A program made the position numbers and the translations under genes. From positions 95,404-159,403 of the forward strand of contig JBHWTK010000013.1 in NCBI GenBank assembly GCA_043427975.1: a DNA stretch of 64,000 bases. Reading direction: 5' to 3'. This stretch comes from Chloroflexia bacterium (GTDB lineage Bacteria; Chloroflexota; Chloroflexia; Thermomicrobiales; UBA6265). The notes below the pieces were generated by a model that was given only the letters and a program-made list of their open reading frames with translations, was not told the origin of the DNA and made no database searches. Positions within the stretch are counted from its first letter, which is position 1. The number at the start of each line of letters is the position of its first letter. Positions 18,678-28,462 of this stretch are shown here, in pieces.

Positions 18678-18759
18678 TACCGGTTTTCGACCGGGGCCTG
18701 ACGCTCCTCAACGAGCCAACGCTCAAGGTGTACCGGGTCGGTTGCAGCCGACTGGCGGA

Positions 18760-19125
18760 TCAACTGTGTTTCGGCTGGCGGATGCAGATCAGGTTGCCGT
18801 CGGGATCCTCGATATAAAGGACCAGGGAACTGCCGATGTCCTGGACCTCTCCAGGTTCAATCCCAAGGGAGCGCACGTGCTCAACAGCCGCCCTGATATC
18901 GCTGGTCGTGAACATCACCCGTGGACCTGTCCCGTGCGGCGGGACAGGTTTGGGATATCCGTCGAGAATGACCTGCGTCGAGCCGGTCAGCGGCAGGGCA
19001 TAAATCAGCCCGTCGTGCGACGTTATGGCGGAAGGCATGCTCAGCAGGCTCGAGTACCACGTGATCGCCCGTTGCATATCTGACACGTGGATGAAGACGC
19101 CATCAAGCGTTGGATTGATCGCCAC
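18760..19125 (-). CDS. VOC (glyoxalase/bleomycin-resistance/dioxygenase) family protein
   Basis: 121 aa. FIHVSDMQRAITWY...LYIEDPDGNLI matches the VOC beta-alpha-beta-beta-beta pattern. Confidence 0.8.
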   Translation of the reverse strand: MAINPTLDGVFIHVSDMQRAITWYSSLLSMPSAITSHDGLIYALPLTGSTQVILDGYPKPVPPHGTGPRVMFTTSDIRAAVEHVRSLGIEPGEVQDIGSSLVLYIEDPDGNLICIRQPKHS

Positions 19126-19293
19126 CCTTTTCTCCCTTTGAGCCCCAAAACCTCAAGCCGTAACGTACCGTCCATCACCTTACGAGGTGAGGAGGGAGGG
19201 TGCAAGGCACCAGTGCCCGGACGGCAGTTCCGGTAACACATCGCTTCGTGGTTGGTGAGATGCTGAAACCTACGGCCCTCTAATCGAGATGCG

Positions 19294-20391
19294 CTACGTT
19301 ACGGTGGTTTCGGCGGCGACTCGCTGTGGACCAAGCCCTGCGGTTTCCTCGGCCGATTCCGCCCGGACAACGCTCGTTGGCGGCGGGATTCCCTCCGTTC
19401 CCCGCACAAGCAGTACATACATGGTGGCCAGGATCGGCAGGTGGCCGATCAGCTCGGTAGGCGGAAGGAATGGGATTCCCAGGTTGAACGGAATCCATAG
19501 CGCCAGGATAACCACTCGTGGCAGGAAGCCGCACAGCAACGCCGCCCCGGCGGTCACTTCCACAATCCCCGCGGCATAGACAAAGCGCTCGTCAGTGAAC
19601 CACTCGATGCCGAGTTGGCGGGCCACATTGAAGTGCGGGTATTCGTGCAGGAACGCGACACCCAGTTCCGGCGCGAGCAGTTTTTCAGTCAGCCCCAGGA
19701 AGAGCACCGAGATACCGGCGCACCAGCGCAGAATGGCAAGGGCATGCGGCAGGAGCCGGTCCGAAAACGATGTTCGGTCCTCTTCCTCGCCGCTGTCGTA
19801 GCGCACCACGCCTCGTCCAACCGCGACCAGGTAAAGGGCGATGCCGACAAAGATGACTTGCTCCATGGTCTCGTACCAGGTGCCGAACATGAATCCTGCC
19901 AGGAACAATCCCACGATCAGCAGAGCCCCAACACGCGTGAATACGCCCGTGATAAGGGTGAAGCCGGAGGCAATGGCGATAGCTGCAATGGCCAAACCAG
20001 CGAGATTGTGCGGGAGTTCGATGTTCGGCACGAAGAGGTCGAGCTGGGTTGCCGCATAGATGAGCGTAATGGCCGCCTGCACCCCAAGGATGGCCGGAGC
20101 CGAGGGTTCCATACGCTGGAAAAAAGGTGGTCGGGGCCAGAGCGGATCGCCGAGGAGCCGTTGCCCGAAGGCGAGGGCTGTCACCACGACGACGATTGCG
20201 ACCACTGCCATCAATGTTGGCAGGGAGAAGACGTTTTCCCAATCCGGATCCCAATAAGGCCCGTCGGGCGTGAACCAGCGAACATGCGCCGCCGCAGGAG
20301 AGGGTAGCAACATGGGCAGAAGGGCAATCATCATCGCAGCGCGGCCTGATCGGCGCGCAGTCGGGATACGGAACGAGACAAATCGGGGCAT
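19294..20391 (-). CDS. Polytopic integral membrane protein (two DoxX-like halves; family assignment tentative)
   Basis: 365 aa with a signal-like N-terminus (LLPMLLPSPAAAHVRWF). About 8 hydrophobic helices fall in two blocks separated by an acidic loop (DSGEEEDRTSF). Confidence 0.6.
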   Translation of the reverse strand: MPRFVSFRIPTARRSGRAAMMIALLPMLLPSPAAAHVRWFTPDGPYWDPDWENVFSLPTLMAVVAIVVVVTALAFGQRLLGDPLWPRPPFFQRMEPSAPAILGVQAAITLIYAATQLDLFVPNIELPHNLAGLAIAAIAIASGFTLITGVFTRVGALLIVGLFLAGFMFGTWYETMEQVIFVGIALYLVAVGRGVVRYDSGEEEDRTSFSDRLLPHALAILRWCAGISVLFLGLTEKLLAPELGVAFLHEYPHFNVARQLGIEWFTDERFVYAAGIVEVTAGAALLCGFLPRVVILALWIPFNLGIPFLPPTELIGHLPILATMYVLLVRGTEGIPPPTSVVRAESAEETAGLGPQRVAAETTVT

Positions 20392-20609
20392 GAGGGAGGT
20401 CCTTGCCGGGGTATGGCGGAGTCTGTTGAGTGGCTACCGGCGCGCGTGTCCGGCGACTCCTTATGCAGGATACATACCCCCGGCCCGGGGAGACGAAGAG
20501 GTAGAGGTACGGCACCTGGCCCGACTGCGGACCGTGTGTCAGTTCAACCCTGTTGACCATCGCGTACGCGGTCATTTCAAGATGATTACCGCACTCGTAT
20601 GATAAGTCT

Positions 20610-21557
20610 TCATGCAAATCCGCCTACTACGTCGCGGTAACGCTCCAGCAGCCGGAGGTGTTCATCCACTGTGGTTGCTCCCGATGGCAGGTGCATTCCG
20701 ACGGAAAACTCGGTGTTAACGGTCAGGTAGGTTGCTCCCAGCGCACGCCACCCTTCGGCGTCCGCCACCCACTTACCCTCGGTCCGGGCACCCAGCGAAA
20801 CCCATGCCTCGATCCCGACAGTCGCAGGGTCACGTCCCGCAGCCCTCGCCACAGTCTGGATGCGTTCAACGTGGACCCGATATTCCTCAGCGGGCCCCTG
20901 AGGGACCAGGCTCCAGCCGTCCCCAATCCGACCGACCCGGTTAGTTACCGCCTCCGGGCTCCCGCCGATCCAGATCGGGATTGATCGTTGCGGTGGTAGG
21001 GGGCTAATGCCGGCATCGACCACCGTATGCCATTCACCGCGAAACGTTACGAAGTCCTGGGTCCAAAGTTCGCGTAGAAGCGCAATTTGCTCTTCTGACC
21101 GCCGCCCACGATTGTGGAAGTTCTCGCCCAGGGCCTCAAACTCGACGGGGTTCCATCCGGTACCTACGCCCAATCGAAGCCGTCCCCCGCTGAGGAGGTC
21201 GAGAGTCGCCGCCTGCTTGGCCACCAACGCCGTCTGTCGCTGGGCAAGCACCATCACATCCGGTACCAACCCGAGCGCACGCGTTTGCCCAGCCAGGTAC
21301 CCGAAAAGCACAAAGGGTTCCCAAAACGGCTTGCCCCCAAGTGGCACAGCGGGATAGGTGGCTGGATTTGCACCCAATACATGATCAAAGGTTGCCAGGA
21401 ATGCGTAGCCCAGTGCTTCAATGCCCTGGGCAAAGTCCCTGGCGGCCACTGGATCACCAGCCGTGGCGTTTTGGGGGAGCGCCGCTCCGAAACGCATGGG
21501 GAGCTGGGCCATCATTAACTCCTCGGTATGAGTAGGAGTGGGTTGTTTCAGTGACAA
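20610..21557 (-). CDS. LLM-class (luciferase-like) F420-dependent oxidoreductase
   Basis: Typical LLM sequence: FDHVLG, LDLLSGGRLRLGVGTGWNPVEFEALG, IWIGGS. Confidence 0.85.
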   Translation of the reverse strand: MSLKQPTPTHTEELMMAQLPMRFGAALPQNATAGDPVAARDFAQGIEALGYAFLATFDHVLGANPATYPAVPLGGKPFWEPFVLFGYLAGQTRALGLVPDVMVLAQRQTALVAKQAATLDLLSGGRLRLGVGTGWNPVEFEALGENFHNRGRRSEEQIALLRELWTQDFVTFRGEWHTVVDAGISPLPPQRSIPIWIGGSPEAVTNRVGRIGDGWSLVPQGPAEEYRVHVERIQTVARAAGRDPATVGIEAWVSLGARTEGKWVADAEGWRALGATYLTVNTEFSVGMHLPSGATTVDEHLRLLERYRDVVGGFA

Positions 21558-21759
21558 TAGGAGATCGGTACCACGACGTCAATCATTACCGACCATGCAA
21601 GATAAGCGGGGTGCTTGTTCATATAAATCTGCAACGCGGTGCATTGGCAGAGACGAATTTGTGCAGTTTGCCATCGGCACAAACCGAGGATATAGTAGAC
21701 CTGAGACGAAACGGAAGTAACTTCCTTGTGGAAAGCGTCAGCGAAAGGCGACCACACCC

Positions 21760-22713
21760 ATGAAATCTCTTAAGGCAGGTCTCGTACTTCCTCGCGACAG
21801 TCGCGGTTCCGCCGGTCTGCTGGACCGTGTGCAGCAGGCGGAAGCACGGGGAGTCCCGCAGGTCTGGTCCACGGTCGGGGGCGCGTCGCCGGATCCGGTC
21901 ACGGGTTTCGCCGCTGCTGCCGCTACAACCGGGCGCATTCGGCTCGGCACATCCATTGTGCCCGCATACCCGATCCATCCCGTCACGCTCGCGTCCCAGG
22001 CACTTGCGCTGGAGGGACTGGCTCCCGGTCGGATCAGGCTCGGGATTGGCACCAGTCACCGTCCGACCATTGAAGGCGGTCTCGGCATCCCGATGGTGCG
22101 ACCGTTGTCGTTCCTGCGCGAGTACCTCACCGTGCTGCGCGGGCTGTTGTGGGAGGGCAGCAGCCAGTTCTCCGGCGAGTTCTTCACCGTGAAAGCCCAG
22201 TTGCCGAACGGGATTGCTCCGACCCGTACCCCTGTGCCCATCTCGGCGTTGCGGGTGAATGCCTTTGAGCTTGCCGGCGAACTCAGCGATGGCGCGATCA
22301 CCTGGGTGACGCCCATTCACTACATCCTGAATACTGGCATTCCAGCGCTGGAGCGTGGGGCAGAGAAGTCGGGCCGGTCGGAGCGGCCGCCGGTGATCGC
22401 GCATGTTCCGGTCGCGGTCTCGACCGATCGGGATGCGTCACGCGAGGCGTTCCGGAAGCAGTTCCCGGTGTACAGCAAGTTGCCGTTCTACGCGGCGATG
22501 TTCAGCGATGCCGGGTATCCGGTGACGGCCGCAGGCGAAATGACTGATGAACTGGTCGATGAACTGGCGGTGTCCGGCAGCCCCGAGGAGATTCGCCAGC
22601 GGCTGGAGCACCTGCACGAACGCGGTATTGATGAGCTGCTCGTTTCCCATGTGGTGGTTCACGACGAGGAGGAGGAACTGGGCCAGCTGTCGTCGATTCT
22701 GGCAGGAGCGTAG
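21760..22713 (+). CDS. LLM-class (luciferase-like) F420-dependent oxidoreductase
   Basis: LAPGRIRLGIGTSHRPTIEGGLG and a C-terminal GIDELLV. Divergent from the paralog at 20610..21557. Confidence 0.85.
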   Translation: MKSLKAGLVLPRDSRGSAGLLDRVQQAEARGVPQVWSTVGGASPDPVTGFAAAAATTGRIRLGTSIVPAYPIHPVTLASQALALEGLAPGRIRLGIGTSHRPTIEGGLGIPMVRPLSFLREYLTVLRGLLWEGSSQFSGEFFTVKAQLPNGIAPTRTPVPISALRVNAFELAGELSDGAITWVTPIHYILNTGIPALERGAEKSGRSERPPVIAHVPVAVSTDRDASREAFRKQFPVYSKLPFYAAMFSDAGYPVTAAGEMTDELVDELAVSGSPEEIRQRLEHLHERGIDELLVSHVVVHDEEEELGQLSSILAGA

Positions 22714-22845
22714 GGGGGCTGGAGCGGACACACAGGTCCGGGCTACTACTGCTGTGGTGCCTGAGTTTGCTACACTACCTCTATACGGTATCTGGGATTG
22801 TTCCCGGAAATTCCGTGTGCATACGAGAATATAAGGCGTTGATGG

Positions 22846-23123
22846 AAACAGCGCCCGCAAGTGGAAATCGACCAGCAAGTCCGGGATGTTGTGAGCCGGG
22901 CCGTACACCACCCGCGGGAGATCCTTCCGGAGCCGCTGCCTGAACGATCACGATCGGTAATGTCGCCCCTGATAGGCGACCGCATCGATTCCCAGTAGGG
23001 CCGCCGGGATACCGATCCGATATTCGGCCACAGAGTGGGCTGCCGTAGCGTCGGCAGTCAATTGAGGTGGTACCGCGGGTTCGCTCGTCCTCTTCTTTCC
23101 TGGGGGCGGGCGTTGCTGTTTTT
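22846..23123 (+). promoter_or_regulatory. T-box leader (tRNA-sensing riboswitch) controlling ileS
   Basis: Canonical T-box sequence AATTGAGGTGGTACCGCG at 23060..23077, preceded by a stem III hairpin (CTGCCG-TAGCGT-CGGCAG, 23040..23057). A terminator follows at 23082..23123, about 145 nt upstream of ileS. The specifier is not assigned with confidence; the candidate is AUC-A at 22947..22950. Confidence 0.75.
23082..23123 (+). terminator. Intrinsic terminator of the ileS T-box leader
   Basis: CGCTCGTCC (23082..23090) pairs with GGGCGGGCG (23104..23112), including two G-U pairs. The stem is followed by TTGCTGTTTTT. Its 5' arm abuts the T-box sequence, as expected for the terminator/antiterminator alternative. 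Confidence 0.6.
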
Positions 23124-23268
23124 CGGGAAACCGACCAACAAGCGCAGCGCCCTCCCCAAACGTGACATGGCACCTGTATTGGCGGCCCCTGTGGCCGGTT
23201 AGGGCAGACCATCTTGTAACCCGGGCACAGTGCCCGGACCGACGAAATCAGACGGAGCGACATCCCAC

Positions 23269-26200
23269 ATGACCGATACCAAAACCTCTCCTGCCACGCA
23301 TACCCCGACCAAAACCACCACGTTTGCCCCGGTCTCCGCACGTGTCGATTTCCCGGCCCTGGAGCGAGAGCAGCTGCAATGGTGGAATGAGACCGCCCTT
23401 GTGCAGGAATACCTGCATCGCAACGATGGCGCGCCCGAGCGATGGAGCTTTATCGACGGGCCGATCACCGCGAACAACCCCATGGGAGTGCACCACGCAT
23501 GGGGCCGCACTTACAAGGACCTCTTCCAGCGCTACCACAACATGCTCGGCAAGGAACAGCGGTTCCAGAACGGCTTCGATTGCCAGGGCCTGTGGGTGGA
23601 AGTGGAGGTAGAGAAGGAACTTGGCCTGAAGAACAAACGCGAGATCGAGGAATTCGGCATCGCCAACTTCGTCGAGCGCTGCAAGGCGCGCGTGCTCAAG
23701 TACTCCGATCGAATTTCTGAACAGAGCAAGCGCCTCGGGTATTTCATGGACTGGGATAATAGTTACTACACCATGTCCGATGAGAACAACTACACCATCT
23801 GGCATTTCCTCAAGACCTGCCACGAGCGCGGCTGGATCTACAAGGGCAAGGACGTGATGCCCTGGTGCCCGCGTTGTGGCACCGGCCTGAGCGAGCATGA
23901 GATTGTCACCGAAGGCTATCAGCAGCGCACCCACCTGGCCGTGTTCGTTGAATTCCCGCTGAAGGACAGCGACGAGAGCCTGATGGTGTGGACCACCACC
24001 CCGTGGACCCTTTCCGCCAACACTATGGCCAGCGTGAACCCGGAGCTGGAATACAGCCTGGTCGCGCAGAACGGCAAGAAATACTGGGTCGGTACGGATG
24101 CGATCAAGAACGCCATCCGCGGCGAGCACGAGGTCATCACTACCTGCAAGGGTGCCGACCTGATTGGGAAGCGCTACCACGGACCGTTCGATGATCTCCC
24201 GGCCGTGGCGGAACTCGATCGCCAGGTTATCGGCTGGAAGGATGTCGGCTCGGAAGAGGGTACCGGCATCGTTCACAGTGCCCCCGGTGCCGGTAAGGAA
24301 GACTTCGCGCTCGGCAACGAGCACGGCTTCCCGGCGATCGCCCCGATCGACGAATTTGGCAACTTCCTGCCTGGCTTCGGCTGGCTGGAAGGTCGTGGTG
24401 CGGCTGAGGCTGCGAAGGATATCGAGGCCTACCTGAAAGAGAAGGGCATCCTCTACCGGAGCGAGCAGTACACACACCGGTATCCGGTTTGCTGGCGCTG
24501 CGGTACCGATTTGCTTTTCCGCCTGGTGGATGAATGGTTCATCAGCATGGATGGCATGCGCGAACAGCTGAAGGAGCAGGTCCGTACCGCCAACTGGTAC
24601 CCGGCCTTCGGCGAGGAGCGCGAGATCGATTGGCTGGAGAACATGCATGACTGGATGATCTCCAAGAAGCGCTACTGGGGCCTGGCCCTGCCAATCTTTG
24701 ATTGCACAGAGTGCGGCACCTTCGAGGTGATCGGCAGCGAGCACGAGCTCAAGGAACGGGCTGTCGCCGGCTGGGACGAGTTCGAGGGGCATACTCCGCA
24801 CCGCCCGTACCTCGATAGCATCCAGATCGAATGCAAGGGTTGCGGCGGCCGCGTGCACCGCGTGAAGGATGTCGGCAACCCCTGGCTGGATGCCGGGATC
24901 GTTGCGCTGAGCACGCTCGATTACCGCCACGACAGGGAATACTGGGAGAAGTGGTACCCGGCCGACATGATCAGCGAGAGCTTCCCGGGCCAGTTCCGCA
25001 ACTGGTTCTATGCGCTGATTGCCGAGAGTGTGGCGATCACCGGCCGCAACCCGTTCAAGAACATCTTCACATACGCCCTCATGCGCGATGAGAACGGCGA
25101 GGAGATGCACAAGAGCAAGGGCAACGCCATCTGGTTCGATGACGCAGCTGAAGAGTTTGGCGTGGATGTGATGCGCTGGCTCTTCTCCACCGTCAACCCA
25201 AGCCAGAACATGAACTTTGGCCCGCACGTCACGGATGAAGTACGCCGTCGGTTCGTGCTGCCGCTGTGGAACAGTTACAGCTTCTTTGTGACCTACAGCA
25301 ACCTCGATGGGTGGACGCCGCCCGCTACTCCGACGCCAATGGGCGAGCGCACGCTGCTGGATCGCTGGATCCTTGGACAGGTTCACAGCCTGGTTAAGTA
25401 TGTGCGGGAGAAAATGGACGGCTACGACCCCACGTCCGCTGCCCGTGCCATCGAGCACTTCGTGGTCGAGGAACTGAGCAACTGGTACATCCGCCGCAAC
25501 CGCCGACGCTTCTGGAAGCCGGAGAGCGATGCCGACAAGAGCGCTGCCTACGAAACGCTCTATGAGGCGCTGGTGACAGTGAGCAAGCTGGTTGCCCCGT
25601 TCATGCCGTTCCTGGCCGAGGCGATGTACCGCAACCTGGTCTCCAGTGTCCATGCCGATGCCCCGCGCTCGGTCCACCTGGCCGATTTCCCGACACCGGA
25701 TGACAGCCTTGTCGATCCCGGACTCAGCCGTGCCATGGGAGCGGTGCTGGATGTAGTGAAGCTGGGGCGCGCTGCCCGCAGCGAGGCGAATATCAAGGTG
25801 CGGCAGCCGCTGCCCGCGATCCTCGTGCATACGCCCGATCCTGCCGATGCCGAGGCGGTGGTACGCCTGAAGGACCAGATCCTTGACGAGTTGAACGTGA
25901 AGGATGTGCGTGCCATCACCGAGCTTGGCAGCGTCCTGAGTTACGAGGTGAAACCAAACCTGCCGGTGCTGGGGCCGAAGTACGGCAAGCAACTTGGCGC
26001 GATCCGCCAGGCAATCGCGGCGCTCGATCCGGTGCGAACCGCCGAAGCGGTCAATGGCGGCTGGAAAATTGACCTGACGCTCGACGATGGGAGCGAGGTG
26101 AGCCTCGAGCCGACCGAGCTGCTGGTGACGATGCGCAAGAACGAGGGCTACGCCGCCGCCCAGAGCGAGAGCGCGACCGTGGTACTGGATACCGAACTCA

Positions 26201-26466
26201 CGCCCGAGCTTATCGCCGAGGGCAAGGCACGCGATGTGGTCCGGGCGATCCAAGACTTGCGCAAGCAGTTGGAACTGAACATCGATGACCGCATTTCGGT
26301 GCGTTACCAGGTGGCTGGCGAGATGGGTGAGGCTATCGCGGCCCATCGCGACTGGATCGCTGCCGAGGTCCTTGCCAACACGCTGCAGCCGTCCGACGAC
26401 CTGGCCGACGGCACTGATGTGAACATCAGCGGCGAAACGCTGCGCGTCGAAATCAGCGTCGCCTGA
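23269..26466 (+). CDS. ileS: Isoleucine--tRNA ligase
   Basis: PITANNPMGVHHAWGRT (HIGH region), EEMHKSKGN (KMSKS), CP1 editing-domain length, 1065 aa from ATG 23269 (GGAG SD). The track start at 23230 is possible but less likely. Confidence 0.95.
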   Translation: MTDTKTSPATHTPTKTTTFAPVSARVDFPALEREQLQWWNETALVQEYLHRNDGAPERWSFIDGPITANNPMGVHHAWGRTYKDLFQRYHNMLGKEQRFQNGFDCQGLWVEVEVEKELGLKNKREIEEFGIANFVERCKARVLKYSDRISEQSKRLGYFMDWDNSYYTMSDENNYTIWHFLKTCHERGWIYKGKDVMPWCPRCGTGLSEHEIVTEGYQQRTHLAVFVEFPLKDSDESLMVWTTTPWTLSANTMASVNPELEYSLVAQNGKKYWVGTDAIKNAIRGEHEVITTCKGADLIGKRYHGPFDDLPAVAELDRQVIGWKDVGSEEGTGIVHSAPGAGKEDFALGNEHGFPAIAPIDEFGNFLPGFGWLEGRGAAEAAKDIEAYLKEKGILYRSEQYTHRYPVCWRCGTDLLFRLVDEWFISMDGMREQLKEQVRTANWYPAFGEEREIDWLENMHDWMISKKRYWGLALPIFDCTECGTFEVIGSEHELKERAVAGWDEFEGHTPHRPYLDSIQIECKGCGGRVHRVKDVGNPWLDAGIVALSTLDYRHDREYWEKWYPADMISESFPGQFRNWFYALIAESVAITGRNPFKNIFTYALMRDENGEEMHKSKGNAIWFDDAAEEFGVDVMRWLFSTVNPSQNMNFGPHVTDEVRRRFVLPLWNSYSFFVTYSNLDGWTPPATPTPMGERTLLDRWILGQVHSLVKYVREKMDGYDPTSAARAIEHFVVEELSNWYIRRNRRRFWKPESDADKSAAYETLYEALVTVSKLVAPFMPFLAEAMYRNLVSSVHADAPRSVHLADFPTPDDSLVDPGLSRAMGAVLDVVKLGRAARSEANIKVRQPLPAILVHTPDPADAEAVVRLKDQILDELNVKDVRAITELGSVLSYEVKPNLPVLGPKYGKQLGAIRQAIAALDPVRTAEAVNGGWKIDLTLDDGSEVSLEPTELLVTMRKNEGYAAAQSESATVVLDTELTPELIAEGKARDVVRAIQDLRKQLELNIDDRISVRYQVAGEMGEAIAAHRDWIAAEVLANTLQPSDDLADGTDVNISGETLRVEISVA

Positions 26467-26537
26467 CAGAACGCGAGCGAGTCGTACGCCCGGGGTTCAT
26501 CCCCGGGCGCCTCATAAGACATGGATTGGATGCGCAA

Positions 26538-26570
26538 CGCAAGGCCCGGGCATGAAGCCCGGGCCTTGCG
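26538..26570. terminator. Perfect 14-bp hairpin between convergent ileS and the GH13 gene
   Basis: CGCAAGGCCCGGGC-ATGAA-GCCCGGGCCTTGCG. A second hairpin, GCCCGGGG-TTCAT-CCCCGGGC, lies at 26488..26508. Neither has a strong U-tract. Confidence 0.55.
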
Positions 26571-26643
26571 CGTTAATCACAGGATGTTTGCCGGGCTGCT
26601 CCGAACCGCTGCCGGGCGGCCGGTAATCGCGTGACGGGGCTTG

Positions 26644-28197
26644 CTACGGCGCGTCGATCTCCAACGCGATGCCATCTCGCGCCGGAATAGCGGGAATGTC
26701 CGCCGTGGTCGAGGGCAAGGTCAATGTCATCGGCGCGGTCGGTTCCGATCCCAGGTTGATTACCACCAGCATCGTCTGGTCCTCATGCACACGCAGGAAG
26801 ACCAGTACTTGCCGGTTCTCCGTTTCCAGGGGCACGAAGCTTCCCTGCTGCAAGGCAACCGATGATTCCCGTACCTGGCCCCATGTGCGGTAGGTATTGA
26901 GCAACGAGCCATCATCATGGTCTTGCGCGGCCACATTCAGGTCCTGCCAACCCGGCTGCATGGCGGTGTACGGCGTGCCGGTGGTAAACCCGCCGCCACT
27001 TTCGCCAGACCATTGCATCGGCGTGCGGATGTTCGGATCCGGCTTTTCGCCCGGCATCCCAATCTCCTCACCGTAGTAGATGAAGGGCGTCCCGGGCAGC
27101 GTCAGCAACAGGATCGCCGCCACGCGGAGCTTGTCCGGATCCTGCCTCAGGACCGTGGCGACACGCGGCTCATCGTGATTGGTGAGGAACGTTCCCCATC
27201 GCTGGTCGGGAAGGCGGCTGTCTGCACCGCCGACAATGGGGCCAATTCGGCGTGGACTGCCGGTACTGGCGGCGTTGCTCAGGGTTCCGGCCAGTTCGAA
27301 GTGGAAGAACGCGTCCAGTGTGTCCGGGTAATAGACCTGCAGGCTGTCTGTGCCGGTGCCCATCACTTCGCCGATGGTGAACGCTTCCGGTTTCACCTCT
27401 TTCACGAAGGCGCCGAACTTCCGTAGCCACGCGATGTTTGCGGGAGTGTTCTCCTGGATCTGGCCTTCCTCGATCACGTGCTTTATTGCGTCCATCCGGA
27501 AGCCGTCCACCCTCATTTCCGTCAGCCAGAAGCGGGTAATGTCGTTGAACTCGGCATTGACCCCGTCGTTGCGAAAGTTCAGGTCGGGCATGGATGAATC
27601 GAAGATGCCGTAATAGTAGCCATCGCCATGCGGGTTCTGGTGCCATACCTGTTGGCCCCACGGGCCGGTGTAGCCGGGATCCTCATCCTCGAAAATGAAC
27701 CAGTCGCGATACGGCGATTCGGGGTCGGAAGCGGCATCCACGAACCACTCGTGCTCCACCGAGACGTGGTTGAGGGGATAGTCCACAATCACGCGGATGC
27801 CGCGCGCGTGTGCCTCGTCCATCAGCCGCAGGAAATCCTGGTTGGTGCCGTAATCCGCTTCGATGGTGCGGTAATCGGTTACGTCATAGCCATGGTAGGA
27901 GGGCGATTGCATGACCGGCATCAGCCAGATGCAGCCTACGCCCAGGTCATTGCCGCTACCGGGCACGCCATCGTTGAGGTAATCGAGGCGGGAGATGAGC
28001 CCGTTGATGTCACCGATACCGTCGCCATCGCTGTCCTGGAACGAGCGCACGAAGACCTCGTAACAGATCGTGGTGCGCCACCATGGCGCCTCATCTTCGG
28101 GCTGGGCAACCGGTGTGGCGAGGACCGGAAGTGCCGAACTCGCGATGAGGATGAATGCCATCAGGACACTGACGATGCCGCCACGACGTGAACCCAT
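26644..28197 (-). CDS. Secreted alpha-amylase-family glycoside hydrolase (GH13)
   Basis: GH13 conserved regions VIVDYPLNHVS, GFRMDAIKH, FTIGEVMG, FLTNHDEPR. Start re-picked at ATG 28197, which gives the signal peptide MGSRRGGIVSVLMAFILIASSALPVLA. Confidence 0.9.
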   Translation of the reverse strand: MGSRRGGIVSVLMAFILIASSALPVLATPVAQPEDEAPWWRTTICYEVFVRSFQDSDGDGIGDINGLISRLDYLNDGVPGSGNDLGVGCIWLMPVMQSPSYHGYDVTDYRTIEADYGTNQDFLRLMDEAHARGIRVIVDYPLNHVSVEHEWFVDAASDPESPYRDWFIFEDEDPGYTGPWGQQVWHQNPHGDGYYYGIFDSSMPDLNFRNDGVNAEFNDITRFWLTEMRVDGFRMDAIKHVIEEGQIQENTPANIAWLRKFGAFVKEVKPEAFTIGEVMGTGTDSLQVYYPDTLDAFFHFELAGTLSNAASTGSPRRIGPIVGGADSRLPDQRWGTFLTNHDEPRVATVLRQDPDKLRVAAILLLTLPGTPFIYYGEEIGMPGEKPDPNIRTPMQWSGESGGGFTTGTPYTAMQPGWQDLNVAAQDHDDGSLLNTYRTWGQVRESSVALQQGSFVPLETENRQVLVFLRVHEDQTMLVVINLGSEPTAPMTLTLPSTTADIPAIPARDGIALEIDAP

Positions 28198-28462
28198 GAC
28201 TTCTGCTCCCGGTATTGACCACGGCGCCTGCAAACCCGGCGAATCCATTGAACGCGACAACCGTCCAGAGTGCGTGAGGTGCTGAAACCCTATTGTACGC
28301 CCCACGTTCCGGGGGCGCGTTTCGCGGACAGTTGATGCCTGTGGGCTGGTCTGATGAACAGCGACACGTCCGGATGGTGATCGTGGCCAGAAACTTCCTC
28401 TGGCCGGGTCAGCGGGAGATTGCTACCATGCCCTGAGGGAACCGACCAGTCAGGGGGAAGCA

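Noticed and set aside
23248-26346. 1032-aa ORF on the minus strand, spanning almost all of ileS
   Set aside because: It is the antisense shadow of a highly conserved gene in GC-rich DNA. Its composition is Arg/Gly/Leu/His/Val-rich with no motifs, whereas the + strand carries the HIGH/KMSKS signatures.
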